A stretch of DNA of 64,000 nucleotides from Octopus sinensis (GCF_006345805.1 NC_043005.1:57722001-57786000), one strand, 5' to 3'. Positions 35,482-50,197 are shown, counted from the stretch's first letter. The notes: generated by a model not told the origin, from the sequence alone. Numbers and translations are program-made.

Positions 35482-38002
35482 GGTAATTTGGGAGCGCTGA
35501 TTCTGAATCTGCAATCATTTTTTCTCTAGCACGTCACGCTATCGTTATTATACTGCTATCAAAATTACAATAATGTGAAAATTCCTGACAAATAAAATTA
35601 ATGTTATGTTAAGCGTAAATTACCGTTATTTGGTATAAGAACAATAGCAATTAGGTGGACAAGTAACTCTAAAACCAATAAAACACAGAACAAAATTGTA
35701 AAGTAAATATTATTAACTTTACGTTTTACAAAAATAGCTTTGGCATCTTTTACGCTTATGTTGCATGTCCGTTTCTCGTTTTTAAAACCAGCAGTAGTTC
35801 GTCAGCATGCTTGGCCTAGGTCTGCCAGTGTAGCGGCTTTCTAGCTCTTTGATTACTTGATGAAATCGTTCACCATGCTTATCGCTTACATTACCCATAT
35901 TGGGTGGGAAAAAACAAGATGAGAGTGGAGAAAATGAGTTTTTAGAGACATTCTTGCCCCAAGTTGCTTATAAGCTTTCAAAAAATCACTCACAATTGCA
36001 ACGTAATTAGATGATTTTTCATTTCCCCAAAAAATTTTTACAAGAGAAACAAACTTTTCCCAAGCAGTTCTCTCTACTGGGCTTAATTTTCATTGAAAAC
36101 GCTCATCACAAATTAGTGTGCGAATTTCTGGTTCACTAAAAACAGCAGCTTTGATCTTAACTTCACTCTTGCTAGGAACAAATTTTTCACTTAGATATTT
36201 GAATCCTTCACTGTCTTCATTCATGGCTTTAACAAAATTCTTAAACAAGCCAAGTTTAATGTGTAAGGCGGGGAAGGTAAATTTTCGGATGGTCAACTAA
36301 AGGGATATATTAAACTCTGTATCTCCCTGGAGTGAAATCACTTCTCTTTGGCCACTCTTTTTCATCATAGCGATACTTGTCATCTCTGCTGTTCCAACGG
36401 TACAAAAAGGTCTGATGCTTTGTATACCCCATTTGTAACCCAAGAAGCAAACCAACTTTCAAGTCCCTATGCGCGGAACATTTAATCAAGTGCAAAATTT
36501 TATCCATTAATTCATAAGTTTCCTTTCATCCTACAGCATGCGCTAGTGGTATTGAAGGTTTTTGATTGCCATTATGCAGCAAAACAGCTTTTAGGCTTGC
36601 TTTTCTGGAATCTATGAAGAGTCTCCATTCTTCAGGATTATTGCCGTACCCCATCTCATGTAGGATTCCTTCAACAACATAACAAAAACAAATGCCGTCT
36701 TTCTCCATAAAAAATTCATGCAATTCTCTGTGCTTTTTTCGAAAATACAAGCATTTTACACCATCGTGTAAAAGATTCCATTGTTTCAACCTGAAGCCCA
36801 GTTCTGACTTTTCTTTTGTTAAACCCAAGTCTCTAATTAATTCATTTAACTCAAGTTAACTTAATAAATCAGGAACTTTTTTTGACGATCCTGGTTCATC
36901 ACAGTGATCTGCTGTATCACTCAACTGAAGTCGATGCTGTACTTTCTTCACTTGAACTATCTTTGTCAAAGGATGAAGGAGATTCTGGAATTAGAATATT
37001 TTCATCAACATGAGCAACTGGTTTTAAAGCTGAAGTGCAATCTGGATAAACAATCTTGGGTTTGTTCTTCTTAGAGAAATCTGTGATGTTAGTTAGGCAG
37101 AAATAACAATCGGAATAGTTGTTTGTTGGTTCGCGCCATAACATTGGTACTCTAAATAGGATACTTTTCTGCTTACCATTCAGCCATTGGGTTAGTGCTA
37201 TGTAGCAGTTTTTGCAACAAACACGAGGCGCCCACAGTTTATCTTGGTCCCCAAAGTATAGCTTGCAAGCATTTAAAAATTTCTTTGTAAGCTTATTGCT
37301 CTGATCTTTTGGCGTAAATTTTACACACACGTTATAAAAGCTGTCCGGGTGATTAACATAAACTTTTCTGCTCATCATAAATACGTAGAGTAATAATCTA
37401 AATCAACACTAAAGAAGCCTATCAGTAAACTAAAATATAAAATTAATCAACGGTAAATGTTACTGTCAAACATCAAAATATCTTTCTCAAAAAAAAAAAA
37501 AAATCATTGAAATTATTATAGAATGTACTGAAGCTATGGCTACCACGAAACAATTTTTTCCATCTCTAAATTTCAAACATTGATCACTTTAATAAATAAC
37601 TAAACTTACTACTAAACTACTTTCCATGTAACCTGGCTCTTTTATTTGATATATTTTGTTTTAACAGCACTAGCAGTTATCAAGAAAAAGGAGTCTGAGT
37701 GTCTTACTATAACCTAATATCAATAGCCTACTGTGAGAAGAACTTTACTATAATTACAGCGATAACAAAGTAAAATAAATTCTCATCTTGTGTGGCAATT
37801 TAACAGGTAGCCTATATTTCCATCTATCAGCACTTATTTTTGTTTCAGTGGTGGGTATATGAATGAAAATCGAAAGCAAATAATCTACTACTTTCTCAAT
37901 ATTATCAATTAGTTGGAAAATCTGATGCTCTGAATAACAAAAAAGCTACACGTGCTGTCTGAAAACTGATATCGGATTCGGATTCAGCACCCGAAAATTA
38001 CC
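35482..38002 (-). mobile_element. DNA transposon relic, probably CMC/Chapaev-3-like, with imperfect subterminal inverted repeats
   Basis: 35482-35534 (GGTAATTT...GCTGATTCTGAATCTG...AGCACGT) is an imperfect inverted copy of 37950-38002. Transposase fragments lie between them. Confidence 0.6.
35700..37378 (-). pseudogene. Fragmented transposase
   Basis: GDQDKLWAP..CC..C, PMLWREPTN..SDCYFC, EWRLFIDS.K.SLKAVLLHNGN, DLKV..LLGLQ.GYTK, LHIKLGLFKNFVKAM and HGERFHQ (~35860). The superfamily label comes from motif memory. Confidence 0.8.
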
Positions 38003-38899
38003 CCTCCCCCATATATATGTACATATATATATGTGTGTGTGTGTGCATACATATATATATATGTATAGCTATACATGTATATGTACATGTATATGCATAT
38101 ATAATGTGTGTGTATGTGTGAACACTACACATATATATGCATATATGTGTGTGCCTGTGTGTGTATACGTATGCATTTGTGTATATCTATTTTACTACGT
38201 AGGTAGGTAAGTTTACATGTAAGCACTATTATCTTTCCGTGTATCAAACGATAAAATTAGCACCAGCTGGAAAAGCAAAAATAACCCCTCCAAATGCAGA
38301 AAAAAAATTTAGAAGGCAACATCAACAAGAGCAAAGATAAAATAAAAAATATATATACAAAATTAGATTAATACAAAAATCCAAGTTTTTTTTTCTCCCT
38401 TTATACACCTGGGCAAGAGGAGATTGACATAAGCAGAAGGAACAGCTGTAGGCGTGTTGAATAAGGTAATCATAAGTCTTTAATCAATTCAAAATTTTTT
38501 CATCACTTCTTGGATTATCAACAACTCTTCTAAATCTGAAAATCCGGCAGGTGAGATGTACATATACTAGTAGCAGTAGTGGTGGTGGAAGACGATACTG
38601 AAAATAGCCAATCAAATATCTTGGGAAATCTTAATTTTGATCTTGACGTAATGCTGAAAAGTAAATATATCTTAAACCCTTGTCATCACGAATTATGAAT
38701 GCACACAGACATGACAGAAATAAATGAACACTCTTATAATCATTAAAATTTATTTAAATATGAAATTATACATTCAAATTATTTATCATTTATTATAATG
38801 TGAATATCTAATATTTAGTAGACGTACCCTTTGCATTGAAAAATGCAAAGGTCCAATAAGGCATGCTAATGATCAGATAACGAATATTCTCTTGGGAAA

Positions 38900-39640
38900 T
38901 CTCTTACCAGGTTTCATGCAGTAACCTCAAAAGATCTGGCTTTGAGGATGCTTTTTTGTTCTTGTTACGAAGTGTCCTGTTCATTATTCCCCAGATGTGT
39001 TCAATAGGGTTCATATCTGGTGACAGGCTTGGCCATGGAAGTTTTTTAATGTCATTCTTTTCCAACCAATTTTGGATCATTTTAGCCGTGTGTCAAGGAG
39101 CTCCATCTTCCGTAAATAAAGAATCTTCTTTAATCATTTCACCACTGGAGAAGATTGGAAGGAGTCCTTTCTGCAATATGGCCACATATTTACCTGAGTT
39201 TATGTTTCCATCACATACCTCCAGCTCTGATTGACCATTGCTCTAAATTGCTCCCCAGACCATCACAGAATAGCCGCCTTGTCTTATTGTTGGCAGCATT
39301 TGATCACAGAGTCACCAGACCCACATTCGACTACTGTCAGAAAATACATCAAATCTGAACTCATCAGAGAATATGATAGTCTCCCAAAATGCTAGCAGCT
39401 ACTCCATCATCTCACTGGCTCAATATTTCCTCCACTTGATATTAGCTGGCTGAAGAAGTGGCCTCCTTCTTGCTGTTCTGCCATAGTAACCAGGTTTGTG
39501 GAGATACCTGACAGCTGTTCTGGAACTGGCATCAACTTGTTCTACTAAATCAGAGGCCTTGCAATGAGGATTATCCTCCACGCTTCACTTAACAAAGCAG
39601 AGGGTCATGTCAGAAGACTCTGGTCGACCTGGGCAAGGGG
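38900..39640 (-). pseudogene. Tc1/IS630-type transposase relic
   Basis: Minus strand encodes SVMVWGAI, NINSGKYVAILQ, EDGAP*HTAKMIQNWL and WPSLSPDMNPIEHIWG (DD34E region), with stops. Confidence 0.85.
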
Positions 39641-40719
39641 ATGTGGACTCTTTCCTCTCTCTAGTGATTTGCACAATCACCCTATTAACTGTAGAAAGCG
39701 AGATCCCGAGTTTTTTCTACGATTTTACGCTAAGTCCGCCTTGAGATGGATAGTTCTAAGGTTTCTTTTGTACGTGGCATGATTAAACAGTCACATATAG
39801 AACATGAAACATAAAAACGACCCTTAATAAAAGATATAAACATTTTCAAGTTAAAATAAACACGAAACAATATTTTATGGGGTGTCTATTTACTTCTGTC
39901 ATGTCTAAAAGAGATATTGCTTTATTTGGGGATGGTCATATTTTGCCAATTAAACACAATTACCATAAAAAAATTGAGTTATCTCCCCACTAAAAAATTG
40001 AGTTCATGTGGAGACCAAGAGATTGTATAAAAAGAGTTATATCCTTTTCATTCAATACTTTAACACATTGTTGACTTTTGGCCTCCTCAATAGGCATGGT
40101 ATAATTTGTTATAAAAATGTTATCAGATTCAATAAGATCTTTAATTTTTTCAGTTCTCATGTTTATTAATTTTTTCATGTTTTTTTTTTTTTTTGATGTG
40201 CCGATATTTCTCGTAAAACGGCGTGGGGAGATAACCCAATTTTTTAATGGAGGTGAGATAACCAAAAAGTACCTTTAGTCTTTCCATCAGCTTTATTATA
40301 ATTACTTTAGTTCCTTTGTCAAAGCTCTTTTCCATCACACATCTTGTGACCTCTTCAGCGACTCTTTATCTCGCGTGACTCACCTTGTTCTTCAGAGGAG
40401 ACACGTGGAATATGTACATTTCTACACAGCGTTCAGCTAACTAAATGGTCACGTATTTAACGGGGTACATTGATATAGGAAAAATATAATTGTTACTAAT
40501 TCCTTTGAGTGGATATCAAAGGTACGGAAAAACATAAAGAAAGGAGACATACTGACAATTATTTTAGTAGATACTTCTTGGACCAACGGTAATAGCATTA
40601 GATTTGGTTCTTTTACTTACTATTTCGACCATCTGTAAAACCCACTTTTGAAAACATATATCAAATATAAAAATAAAACCGAAGCAGAACGAAATACGAT
40701 TCAAAAGTCACTGAAATCA

Positions 40720-41470
40720 CCACCATCACCACCACCACCGGCACCTCATCCACAGCCGCCGCCACTACCACTACTACCAGCAATACTATCATCAAGAGGT
40801 CCACCATCACCACCAAAATCACAACCACAACCACCACCACCACCACCACCACCACCACCATCACCACCACCATCACTACCATCTCCATCCCCTCCATCGA
40901 CACCACCATCACAACCACAACCACCACCACTACCACCACCACCACCATCACCAGGACCATCGCTACCACCTTCGTCCCCTCCATCGACACCGCCATCACA
41001 ACCACCACCACCACCATCACAACCACCACCACCACCACCACTAAGACCATCGCTATCACCTCCGCCCCTCCTTCCACACCGCCATCACAACCACCACCAC
41101 CACCACCACCACCACTAAGACCATCTCTACCACCTCCGTCCCCTCCATCCACACCGCCATCACAATCACCACCACCACCACCATCACAACCACCACCACC
41201 ACCACTACCACCACCACTAAGATCATCGCTACCACCTCCGTCCCCTCCATCGACACCGCCATCACAACCACAACCACCACCACCACCACCACCACCACCA
41301 TCTCTACCACCACCACCACCACTACCACCACCACCACCACCACCACCAAGACCACCGACTACCACCTCCGCCCCCTCCATCGACACCACCATCACAACCA
41401 CAACCACCACTACTATCACCATTCTCGCCGCCGCCACCACCACCACCACTACCACAACCACCACCACATC
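40720..41470. repeat. (CCA)n-derived higher-order low-complexity repeat
   Basis: CCA/CAC runs with a recurring cccctccatcgacacc(g/a)ccatcacaacc unit at irregular spacing. Confidence 0.85.
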
Positions 41471-42187
41471 AGCAGCAAGAGCAACAACAACAGTTAAAGA
41501 AACTCATCAGAAGTTATTTACCAGAGTGAGCTGTATTCATTTGCTGGACTCCAATGAATACTTTCTGATTAACGTTAGCAAAGCAATTTATTTGCAGCCA
41601 CTTCACGCATGCCCGTGTTAATTAAACTCCTTAATCATAATTATCTCGTTAATATATAAACGCTTTTTCGTGGTCCGAGCCTAGTTTTCAAAGAAGCAGC
41701 TTTAATTATATTATTTATCAAACGTTTCGTGTTAACTTCAACGGAAACAACACACCTCAACGACCAGAGTACATCGACATTTAGAAAATACCTCCACGCA
41801 CCGAACCCCCACCGCACTCACCGAATCCTACCCCTCACGCACACACGCACACACGTGCACATACACACACGCACACACGTGCACATACACACACGCACAT
41901 ATACACTCACACACGCATACACACATACACAGCCGCCACCCCCACACCCCACCGCCGCCACAATCACCACCATCACTACAACTGCTTCGTCCCCCCCACC
42001 CCACCCTGTTAGATTGATACCAAAACCATTCTGTCGTCTCTTTTGGAATTGATTAAAAATAATTTCAACAATTCTAAGAAACTTCCATTTTCAGCCTCAA
42101 CTAAACTTCAAAGAATTTAAATTACGAAATGATGCTTGCTTTCATTTTTTTATTCATATAATCTGTTTTTTTTTATATAAAATTTAT

Positions 42188-42233
<46 letters not shown>

Positions 42234-42468
42234 CCATCACCACCAACATCATCATCATGTTCTTCTTCCTCTTCTTTTTCTTCTTCTTCTTCTTCTTCTT
42301 CTTCTTCTCTTCTTCTTCTTCTTCTTCTTCTTCTTCTTCTTCTTCTTCATTATCATCAACGTCATCATTATTCCGCCGTGATCGACTTTACCTTTCATCC
42401 TTTCGGGGTGAGTATCAGTTGAACACTAGGGTCGAACTTGCCGGCCTTAAGCCAGTATTTGAAATTAT

Positions 42469-42515
<47 letters not shown>

Positions 42516-42535
42516 TTATTATTATTATTATTATT

Positions 42536-43083
42536 GAGTGAGAGAGCAGTGCATGCCATCAAAGTGACACTGGGGTAAAATATACGAAGCCCAGTATACC
42601 CGTCATGACTACCCGTCTGATAAGGGTAGTCATAATACACCAGGCACATGCATCACAACCCTATGTGCACGACATGGTGATCTCATATCAAGATAAACTG
42701 CACATGACCTTGCAGGTGGGGCCCAGTTTGAATTTTCTTCTGGTCGAGTAGCCCATTCCGATCAAACGGTCCCTGAATAAGGATTGTTTAATGATGTTGA
42801 ACGAAACACCCATGTTTCCAAAGGTGAATTATCCAAACCTCTGAGAATTCCTTTCAACACACGGTTGTGATGCTCCCCCATTACTTCTGCTCGGGGTCAG
42901 AGATACACATATCGTCAGCCACTAAGGGACATGCTCAACTGGTTATGGTCAAACAACTGACAAGCAAATCTGTGGTATTGAGCAGAATATTTACTTTAGC
43001 TCATCTTTTATACCAAATCAAAACAATGTACATGATAACACTTCCAATCAGTTAAGACCAGAAGCCATGAGAGCCACTGTCTG

Positions 43084-43086
<3 letters not shown>
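42536..43086. mobile_element. Unclassified ~550-bp repeat-like element between two (TAT)n tracts
   Basis: Non-coding, balanced-composition block with sharp borders to (TAT)n on both sides. I recall it as an abundant octopus repeat (unverified). Confidence 0.55.
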
Positions 43087-43139
<53 letters not shown>

Positions 43140-43660
43140 CCTTTATCTGGTTCCAGTGTTTGGACTGCTGTTATTCTGGGGCGCCAAATTTTGTATCGAC
43201 AAAACCTCCTGGCTTTTCGTCTGGTTCCTATTTTATAGATCACTGTTTATTGAGTACCAAAAACATTCTTCGGCGCTAAGGGACTCAGCAAGAATAGAAA
43301 GAAAAGAAAAGAAAAGAAAAGAAAAGAAAAATAAACAAATTGCCAGAAGGTATTTTTGCTCGATGCACCGATCGGTCGACAATTCGATGCCAATACATAA
43401 ACAGACACATAGACACATACAACCACACATACACACGCACACTAAACTAACACGCACACACACACACAGATGTTTTCACACATGCATTTCATACAGACAC
43501 ACACACACACACAAACGCACACACACACTCAAAGAACACACACACACGCACACACATATAAGCGGTTGTTGTGGCACCATCCATATTATAGATATCATGG
43601 TATATGTCTTTTGCATGTGTGTGTATGTATATCCGTGTATGAATATATGTTTGTGTTTTG

Positions 43661-43693
<33 letters not shown>

Positions 43694-43713
43694 TTTTTAT
43701 TTTATTTTACACA

Positions 43714-43753
<40 letters not shown>

Positions 43754-44937
43754 CACACACACAAACACATATTTGACCGTGTGTGTGTGTGCGTATGTCC
43801 ACTTATACATACTGCAACGTTACAACATTGGATCGATGTTCATAGAACCACAAGAGAAGACCGAAGGTAAAGCAAAATCAATAATGTAGATCAAACTGAA
43901 TTGATAGCCAAACATTGGGTTTTAATGCTGTTCCATCCAAGGAATTACCAAAATCATACTAAACACCAATGAAAATAAATATGGAGTATGTCCACGATAG
44001 TGAATGAGGTCCATTTTCCATTCTCTTCTACGTTCGTCCCTTCCCATTATGAATTATTCCCTCTCGCCTACTATCACTTTAGAGCTAATGCTATGAATAT
44101 ACTTAAATGTGGTGGCTATAGGTATTCGAACTACAAACGACATACTCCATATTTATTTTTATTGGTACTTAAATCAAGTCTTGTTTATTGTAGCATTTCT
44201 TCAAACATGTATAGAATATCAGTTAATGCTTAGGCGGGAAATCCTATTACGTTATCTCACCTTTGACTACCTCCCCTTTCACCTCATTTTCCACTTCACT
44301 CCGCCTCTTTCTTACAATTTGCAGAGCTGCGAAAGATAAAAATATGAAAAATAAGGAAAATAAAAGCTAAATCATGCGTCGCTTTATGGCAAGAAGCTTG
44401 CTTCCCAAACACATGGTTCCGGGTTCAGTCCCACTGTGTGGTACCTTGGGTAGGTGTCTTTTACTATAGTCCCGGTATGATCAAAGCATTTTGAGTGGAT
44501 TTCGTAGACGGAAACTGAAAGAAGACCGACATACACACACACACACACACACACACACGATATCAGACATACACGACGTTGTTCGGGATTTAAATGGCAT
44601 AGTTTGTATATATGGTACAGTTAAGTTGAAATGTGATACAAGGAAGTACAGCATTGAGGACAAAACATTTGTAGAGTAAATAAAGGGCTAATTCGATTAA
44701 GTGACATGTCATGCGTCTGTTTGGGAGATTCCAGACCCTAACCTTGTCATGGAAAAGTGGGTGGGGCTATGTGATTTTTGAACGCACCAAAAAGTGTTAT
44801 TGTGTTTATGCTTTTCCATCACTTGGCACCCGGTGTTAGCGTCGCTTTGTTTGCGTCACCGTATCTAGCGGTTTGGCAAAAGAGACCGATAGAATAAGTA
44901 CGAGGTAGAAGAGACCGATAAAATAAGACCGATAGAA

Positions 44938-45170
44938 AAGGCAGCGAGGTGGCAGAAGCGTTAGCACACCGGGCGAAATGCTTAGCGGTATTTCGTCTGC
45001 CTCTACGTTCTGAGTTCAAATTCCGCCGAGGTCGACTTTGCCTTTCATCCTTTCGGGGTCGATTAAATAAGTACCAGTTACACACTGGTGTCGATATAAT
45101 CGACTTAATCCGTTTGTCTGTCCTTGTTTGTCCCCTCTATGTTTAGCCCCTTGTGGGCAATAAAGAAATA
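44938..45170 (+). mobile_element. SINE family A, full length, nested in a SINE family B 3' fragment
   Basis: Intact head-to-tail copy. AGAATAAGTACGAGGT occurs before (44891-44906) and after (45171-45186) it. Confidence 0.85.
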
Positions 45171-45705
45171 AGAATAAGTACGAGGTTTTAAAAAATGAGG
45201 ACGACAAATACCATTCGTGGTAGTGCACCAGCATGGTCGCAGTCCAATGGCTGAAGTATATAAAAGATAAAATATAGAGGTACTCTGAAGGATGGTTTCA
45301 GCAAGTAACCTGTGTCACTGAAACGTCTTTGTTGGATAAAATATCGGGGTCGATAAAATAAGTACCAGTTGTAATCGACTAGTTGAATACCAAGGTAAGT
45401 GTAATTGACAACCCCTCTCCCAACAAATTGCTGGTCTTGTGCTAAAATTTAAAGCCAATATTATCATTTAGGTTTGCAGAAAGTGGTGATTGGTTGACTC
45501 ATTTGAATATCGTTGTATGTTTACGTTCGTTTACTTTTTTTGAATAATCCTTTCATCTCACAACTAGCATTAAAAATATTTACCTTATTACATATCGCAT
45601 TGTACCTCAAGTTTTCACTCAACCAATAAACATTATATATATATATATATATATATATATAACTCTTTTACTCGTTTCAGCCATGCGGCCGAGGTCATGG
45701 TGGAG

Positions 45706-45769
<64 letters not shown>

Positions 45770-46177
45770 TTCCATCTACCTTATATTTAACATCGTCAAA
45801 ATCTCACGAGACTAGTAAAGCCCTTACCTCTATTTCTCTCAACGTTCCTAAATGGTATCACCTTCCCCTGAAATCCTCATAAGTATAAATCTCCAATTTT
45901 TTTCTTTATAATTCCTATTACAAAAAGGTGCTGCTTTGCGCTTCTTGTAAATTACACAAAATTCACAATCACAAAAATGATAATTGTTAAATAATTATAT
46001 TTACACTACGTTAGAATTGACTTTATCGTCAATCGTTATTAGGTGCCTTATTCCTGGACATGTACATAGGACTTGGTAGCGATGTGGCAAAGTTGTTAGG
46101 GCTTTAGATTTTATGCTTTGCAGGTATCGCAACATTTCCGTATTTAAAGATGTGATTGAAAGTTTTTACTCATAATA

Positions 46178-46389
46178 ATTTCAAATTTTGGTACAGGGCC
46201 AGCAGTTTTTGAAGGGTGAGGAAGTCGATTACATTGGCCCCAGTACCTGACTGGTACTTATTTTATCGACCCCGAAAGGATAAAAGGCAAAATTGACCTG
46301 TACGGAATTTGAACTCAGAGCATAAGACGGACGAAACGCCGCTAAGCACATTGTCCAGCGTGCTAACGATTCTGCTTGCTCGCCGCCTT
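46178..46389 (-). mobile_element. SINE family A variant
   Basis: Same head and central motif, with a different tail. Confidence 0.8.
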
Positions 46390-46465
46390 CATTCTTACCA
46401 ATGACTCCATTCAGATATTTAACTATTTCATGATAATAATGAGAAACCGCACATGAAGAGATATA

Positions 46466-46987
46466 CCTTAAATCTTCGAGTATAGTCCGCCCTTGAGTAT
46501 AATACGCAGGGGATTTTTAGGGGGCTGTACCTCTGAAAAACCTAAACCTCGTGTATAATATGCACCCCTTCTCTAACTTGAGTCGTGCGTAATTAAGCCA
46601 GCAGCACCTAATCGCACAAACACTTCCGTGCATGCGTAATACAATAATGATGATGTTCTTAACTGTTATATGGGAATGTAAATATGTTTGCAAATTGTTT
46701 TTGTTACATGTTATTCTGTGTTCTGAATACTTTTATCTTAATAAATGTTGCTTACTGCAAGTTATGGATCATTTTTTTATGACGTCATTGCTTGTAGGCT
46801 TAGCTTAAGGTATTTTCTGGCCCTACATCACAAAATGCGTCTGAATAAACATTGCCGGGCAGCAAATAGAGACTAGGACATTGCTTAGAAAATATTTTTC
46901 ATTTTTAACTTCGTATATGGTACGCACTAAGGATTTTGACCTTTAAATTTTGGGGAAAAAATGTGGATTATACTCGAGGATTTACGG
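46466..46987. mobile_element. TcMar (Tc2/pogo-like) MITE with TA target duplication
   Basis: TA|CCTTAAATCTTCGAGTATAGTCCGC ... GTGGATTATACTCGAGGATTTACGG|TA. Confidence 0.8.
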
Positions 46988-48284
46988 TATTTCAAAAAGT
47001 GTTCATATAGATACTTGCATTAACTTCACATTAGCTTTATCAATATCTTGTCACTAAAGTTTACACAGCTGAACATCAATAGAAGCTGGCTCTCTCTCTC
47101 TCTCTCTCTTTCTATCTCTCTCTTTCCTCTCTCTCTTTCTTCTCTCTCTTTCTCCTCTCTCTCGTTTTCTCCTCCCAGTTGTTACATTCTAAATGTGTCC
47201 CTGGATCGAGAAATAAGGACTTCATATGGTTTCAATCTTAGCTTGCCACTACACAGTGTGTAAAACAATGAGGGAAAGTATTGTACATACTTATTTTCGA
47301 AGGGTACTCGATCACAAGGGACCTCCGGAATTTACGAATTCAAGACTCCACCCCTAAATATTTCTCATTAACCTAAAATACCCAGCATCTAATGACACTG
47401 ATAGTATACGAAAATCAAAATAATCAGACATTCCAATTTATGATTACTTTAATCTTTACGGAATTAACTATCCGTCCATATTCATCATCATCCTCGTCAT
47501 TGTCGTCGTCGTCGTCGTCGTCGTCCTAAGAATTCCACCGTACTGCTGAATTCCAGATCAGAAATTTTCAGAAATGCAAACATATGGACAAGTTTCTTTT
47601 GTGGAACTGGAGAACACTACCCGCTCTAGATCGAGCAGCTGTATCACGGACTTTAAGCCTCTTCTTTGATTCTACACCATCTAGCCTTACGACTCTACAG
47701 TCAAAGTGGATATAACTTTAATTCTTTTTTTCTCTTTTCCTTTCACCATTCCACTTTTTGAACCTTCCTCCATCTCATTTCTTCACGTGATTTCTCTTGT
47801 TCTATCGTCCCGATTTGCAACTTGTATATTCCATGTGCCCAACCAGAGTCTGGAGATTTCTTGAAGACACTGGGCATGTTTTAAAACTTGCTTAGATAAT
47901 ATCTCCGATGCATGAAACCAATAGTAGCTCATAGCTATATACTGTGTTTAGTAAACAACATTTATCTCTCAGTAGATGGAGTACTTTTTTGTTGATCTTA
48001 CCTTAACGGAAAAGTAAACATTGTATGTATGAAAGTATGAATGTATGTCTATGCACATACATACATACATTGTGTACTTATACCAGTATAAATGTATATG
48101 TATACAAACACTATATACAGTATATGTGTATATATGTGTATATATATGCATATATATGCATATGTATATATGTATATATACATATATATGTATATATATG
48201 CATATATATATGCATATATATATATGCATATATATATATGCATATATATATATATTTATATATATATATATGCATATATATATA

Positions 48285-48328
<44 letters not shown>

Positions 48329-48349
48329 TGTATGTATATACTATTTCCT

Positions 48350-48648
48350 TTCTCTTTTAGCCTGCTACTTATTCTATCGGTATCTTTGCCGAACCACTAA
48401 GTTGTGGGGACGCAAACACACCAACACCGGTTGTCAAGCGGTGCTGGGGAACAAACATTGATACAAAGAGACACACACATAGATATCGATATATATGCAA
48501 TGGGATTCTTTCAGTTTCTGTCTATCAAATCCACTCACAAGTCTTTGCACGAGGCTATAGTAGAAGACACTTGCCCAAGGTGCCATGCAGTGGGACTGAA
48601 CCCGGTACCATGTTGTTAGGAAGCAAGTTTCTTCCAACATAGCCACGC
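48350..48648 (-). mobile_element. SINE family B, degenerate
   Basis: Reverse-complement match to family B. Confidence 0.75.
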
Positions 48649-49293
48649 TAGCAAACACACACTAATTCATATACACACCGACACATATACATACACACAA
48701 CATATACCTCCACGCGCACGCACACATACACATACGTACACACATATAAGCACAGACACACACATACATACGCACACTTGCACACAATCATACATACGTA
48801 TATATACACACACGCGCACGTACAAGCACACACGCACACATACACTAAGTCTAAGCACAGTTACTCGCCATACACACAAAAAACACACACGTACACACAC
48901 ACATACTACAACAAAACACACACACGATACATATACACACACACACATACCTCCCTGTTTCTGATCTGCCTTTCTGACTTGCTAGGGTACCCCCACCCAC
49001 TCCTTAATTCCCTACTGCCTGCTACCAGCCATCGTCCACCATTCCACTACTGCTTGCTACCAGCCATCGTCCACCATACACACACATACACACACACGCA
49101 CACACTCACACACACACCCTTGTCATCTCGCACACCTTTTTATCATTCCTTCTCTGATTCAGCTCTTTTGTTTTTAAAAAACACTTTTCCTTCCTTTTGA
49201 CCACTTCCGTATTTTTAGTATGTGACCTCGTGTAGACTACCTGCTATTTTTTTTTCCTCTGTCCTCCCGTCTCGGGATGTTTCTTTCTCCTAT

Positions 49294-49328
49294 GTTTCCG
49301 ACGAAGAGCTCCGCTCGAAACGTCAAAC
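49294..49328 (+). ncRNA. Minimal hammerhead-like motif with variant core (CCGACGA) in a pLTR-like fragment
   Basis: GTTT-CCGACGA-A-GAGC-TCC-GCTC-GAA-ACGT-C-AAAC, ending ~100 nt upstream of (TA)n. Confidence 0.55.
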
Positions 49329-49768
49329 CCTCCTTCTTCCCTTCTTTCCTGAGCGTCCAATAATACTTTATTTGTTCCACATCCTTGCGTTGTTGTTTTT
49401 TTGTTTTCTTGTTTGGATTAACTTTATATATATATATATATATATAAGAACTATTACTGGATTTATATACTAACCGTTGAATAATCTATTTTGAATACCT
49501 AACTGTGAGCAAACGGGTAAACTTTTGGAGAAATCCCTTACTAATTGCATATATATACGTGTGTGTGTGTGTGTGTGTGTAACACAGAACCAAAAATAGT
49601 TATAAATATCTAAACATTACCCAAGTCTAATTTGATTAAATATGAGGAAAACCCAAGCAATACCAAAGTAAATGATTCCCACAAACTATGAATCCACAAA
49701 CACTTTAAAAGAATAGAGTAAAACTCAGAATAACGAGACTATGATTTGAGAAATTCACAGAGAAATTC

Positions 49769-50197
49769 ATAGGTGCAGGAGTGGCTGTGTGGTAAGTAGC
49801 TTGCTAACCAACCACATGGTTCCGGGTTCAGTCCCACTGCGTGGCATCTTGGGCAAGTGTCTTCTGCTATAGCCCCGGGCCGACCAATGCCTAGTGAGTG
49901 GATTTGGTAGACGGAAACTGAAAGAAGCCTGTCGTATATATGTATATATATATGTATATGTGTGTGTGTATGTGTGTGTGTGTCTGTGTTTGTCCCCCTA
50001 ACATTGCTTGACAACCGATGCTGGTGTGTTTACGTCCCCGTCACTTAGCGGTTCGGCAAAAAGAGACCGATAGAATAAGCACTGGGCTTACAAAGAATAA
50101 GTCCCGGGGTCGATTTGCTCGACTAAAGGCGGTGCTCCAGCATGGCCGCAGTCAAAATGACTGAAACAAGTAAAAGAGTAAAAGAGAGTAAAGAGAG
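49769..50197 (+). mobile_element. SINE family B, full length, young
   Basis: Near-identical to 21408-21835. Confidence 0.9.

Noticed and set aside
39972-40241. 19-bp inverted repeat (GTTATCTCCCCAC core) as a MITE
   Set aside because: Ends and TSD are not definable. It is probably a subterminal motif of an older transposon.
40648-41467. Proline-rich (extensin/formin-like) ORF and Gly/Val-rich antisense ORF
   Set aside because: Derived from (CCA)n, the frame breaks at 41118, it has a TTG start, and there are no flanking domains or clear splice context.
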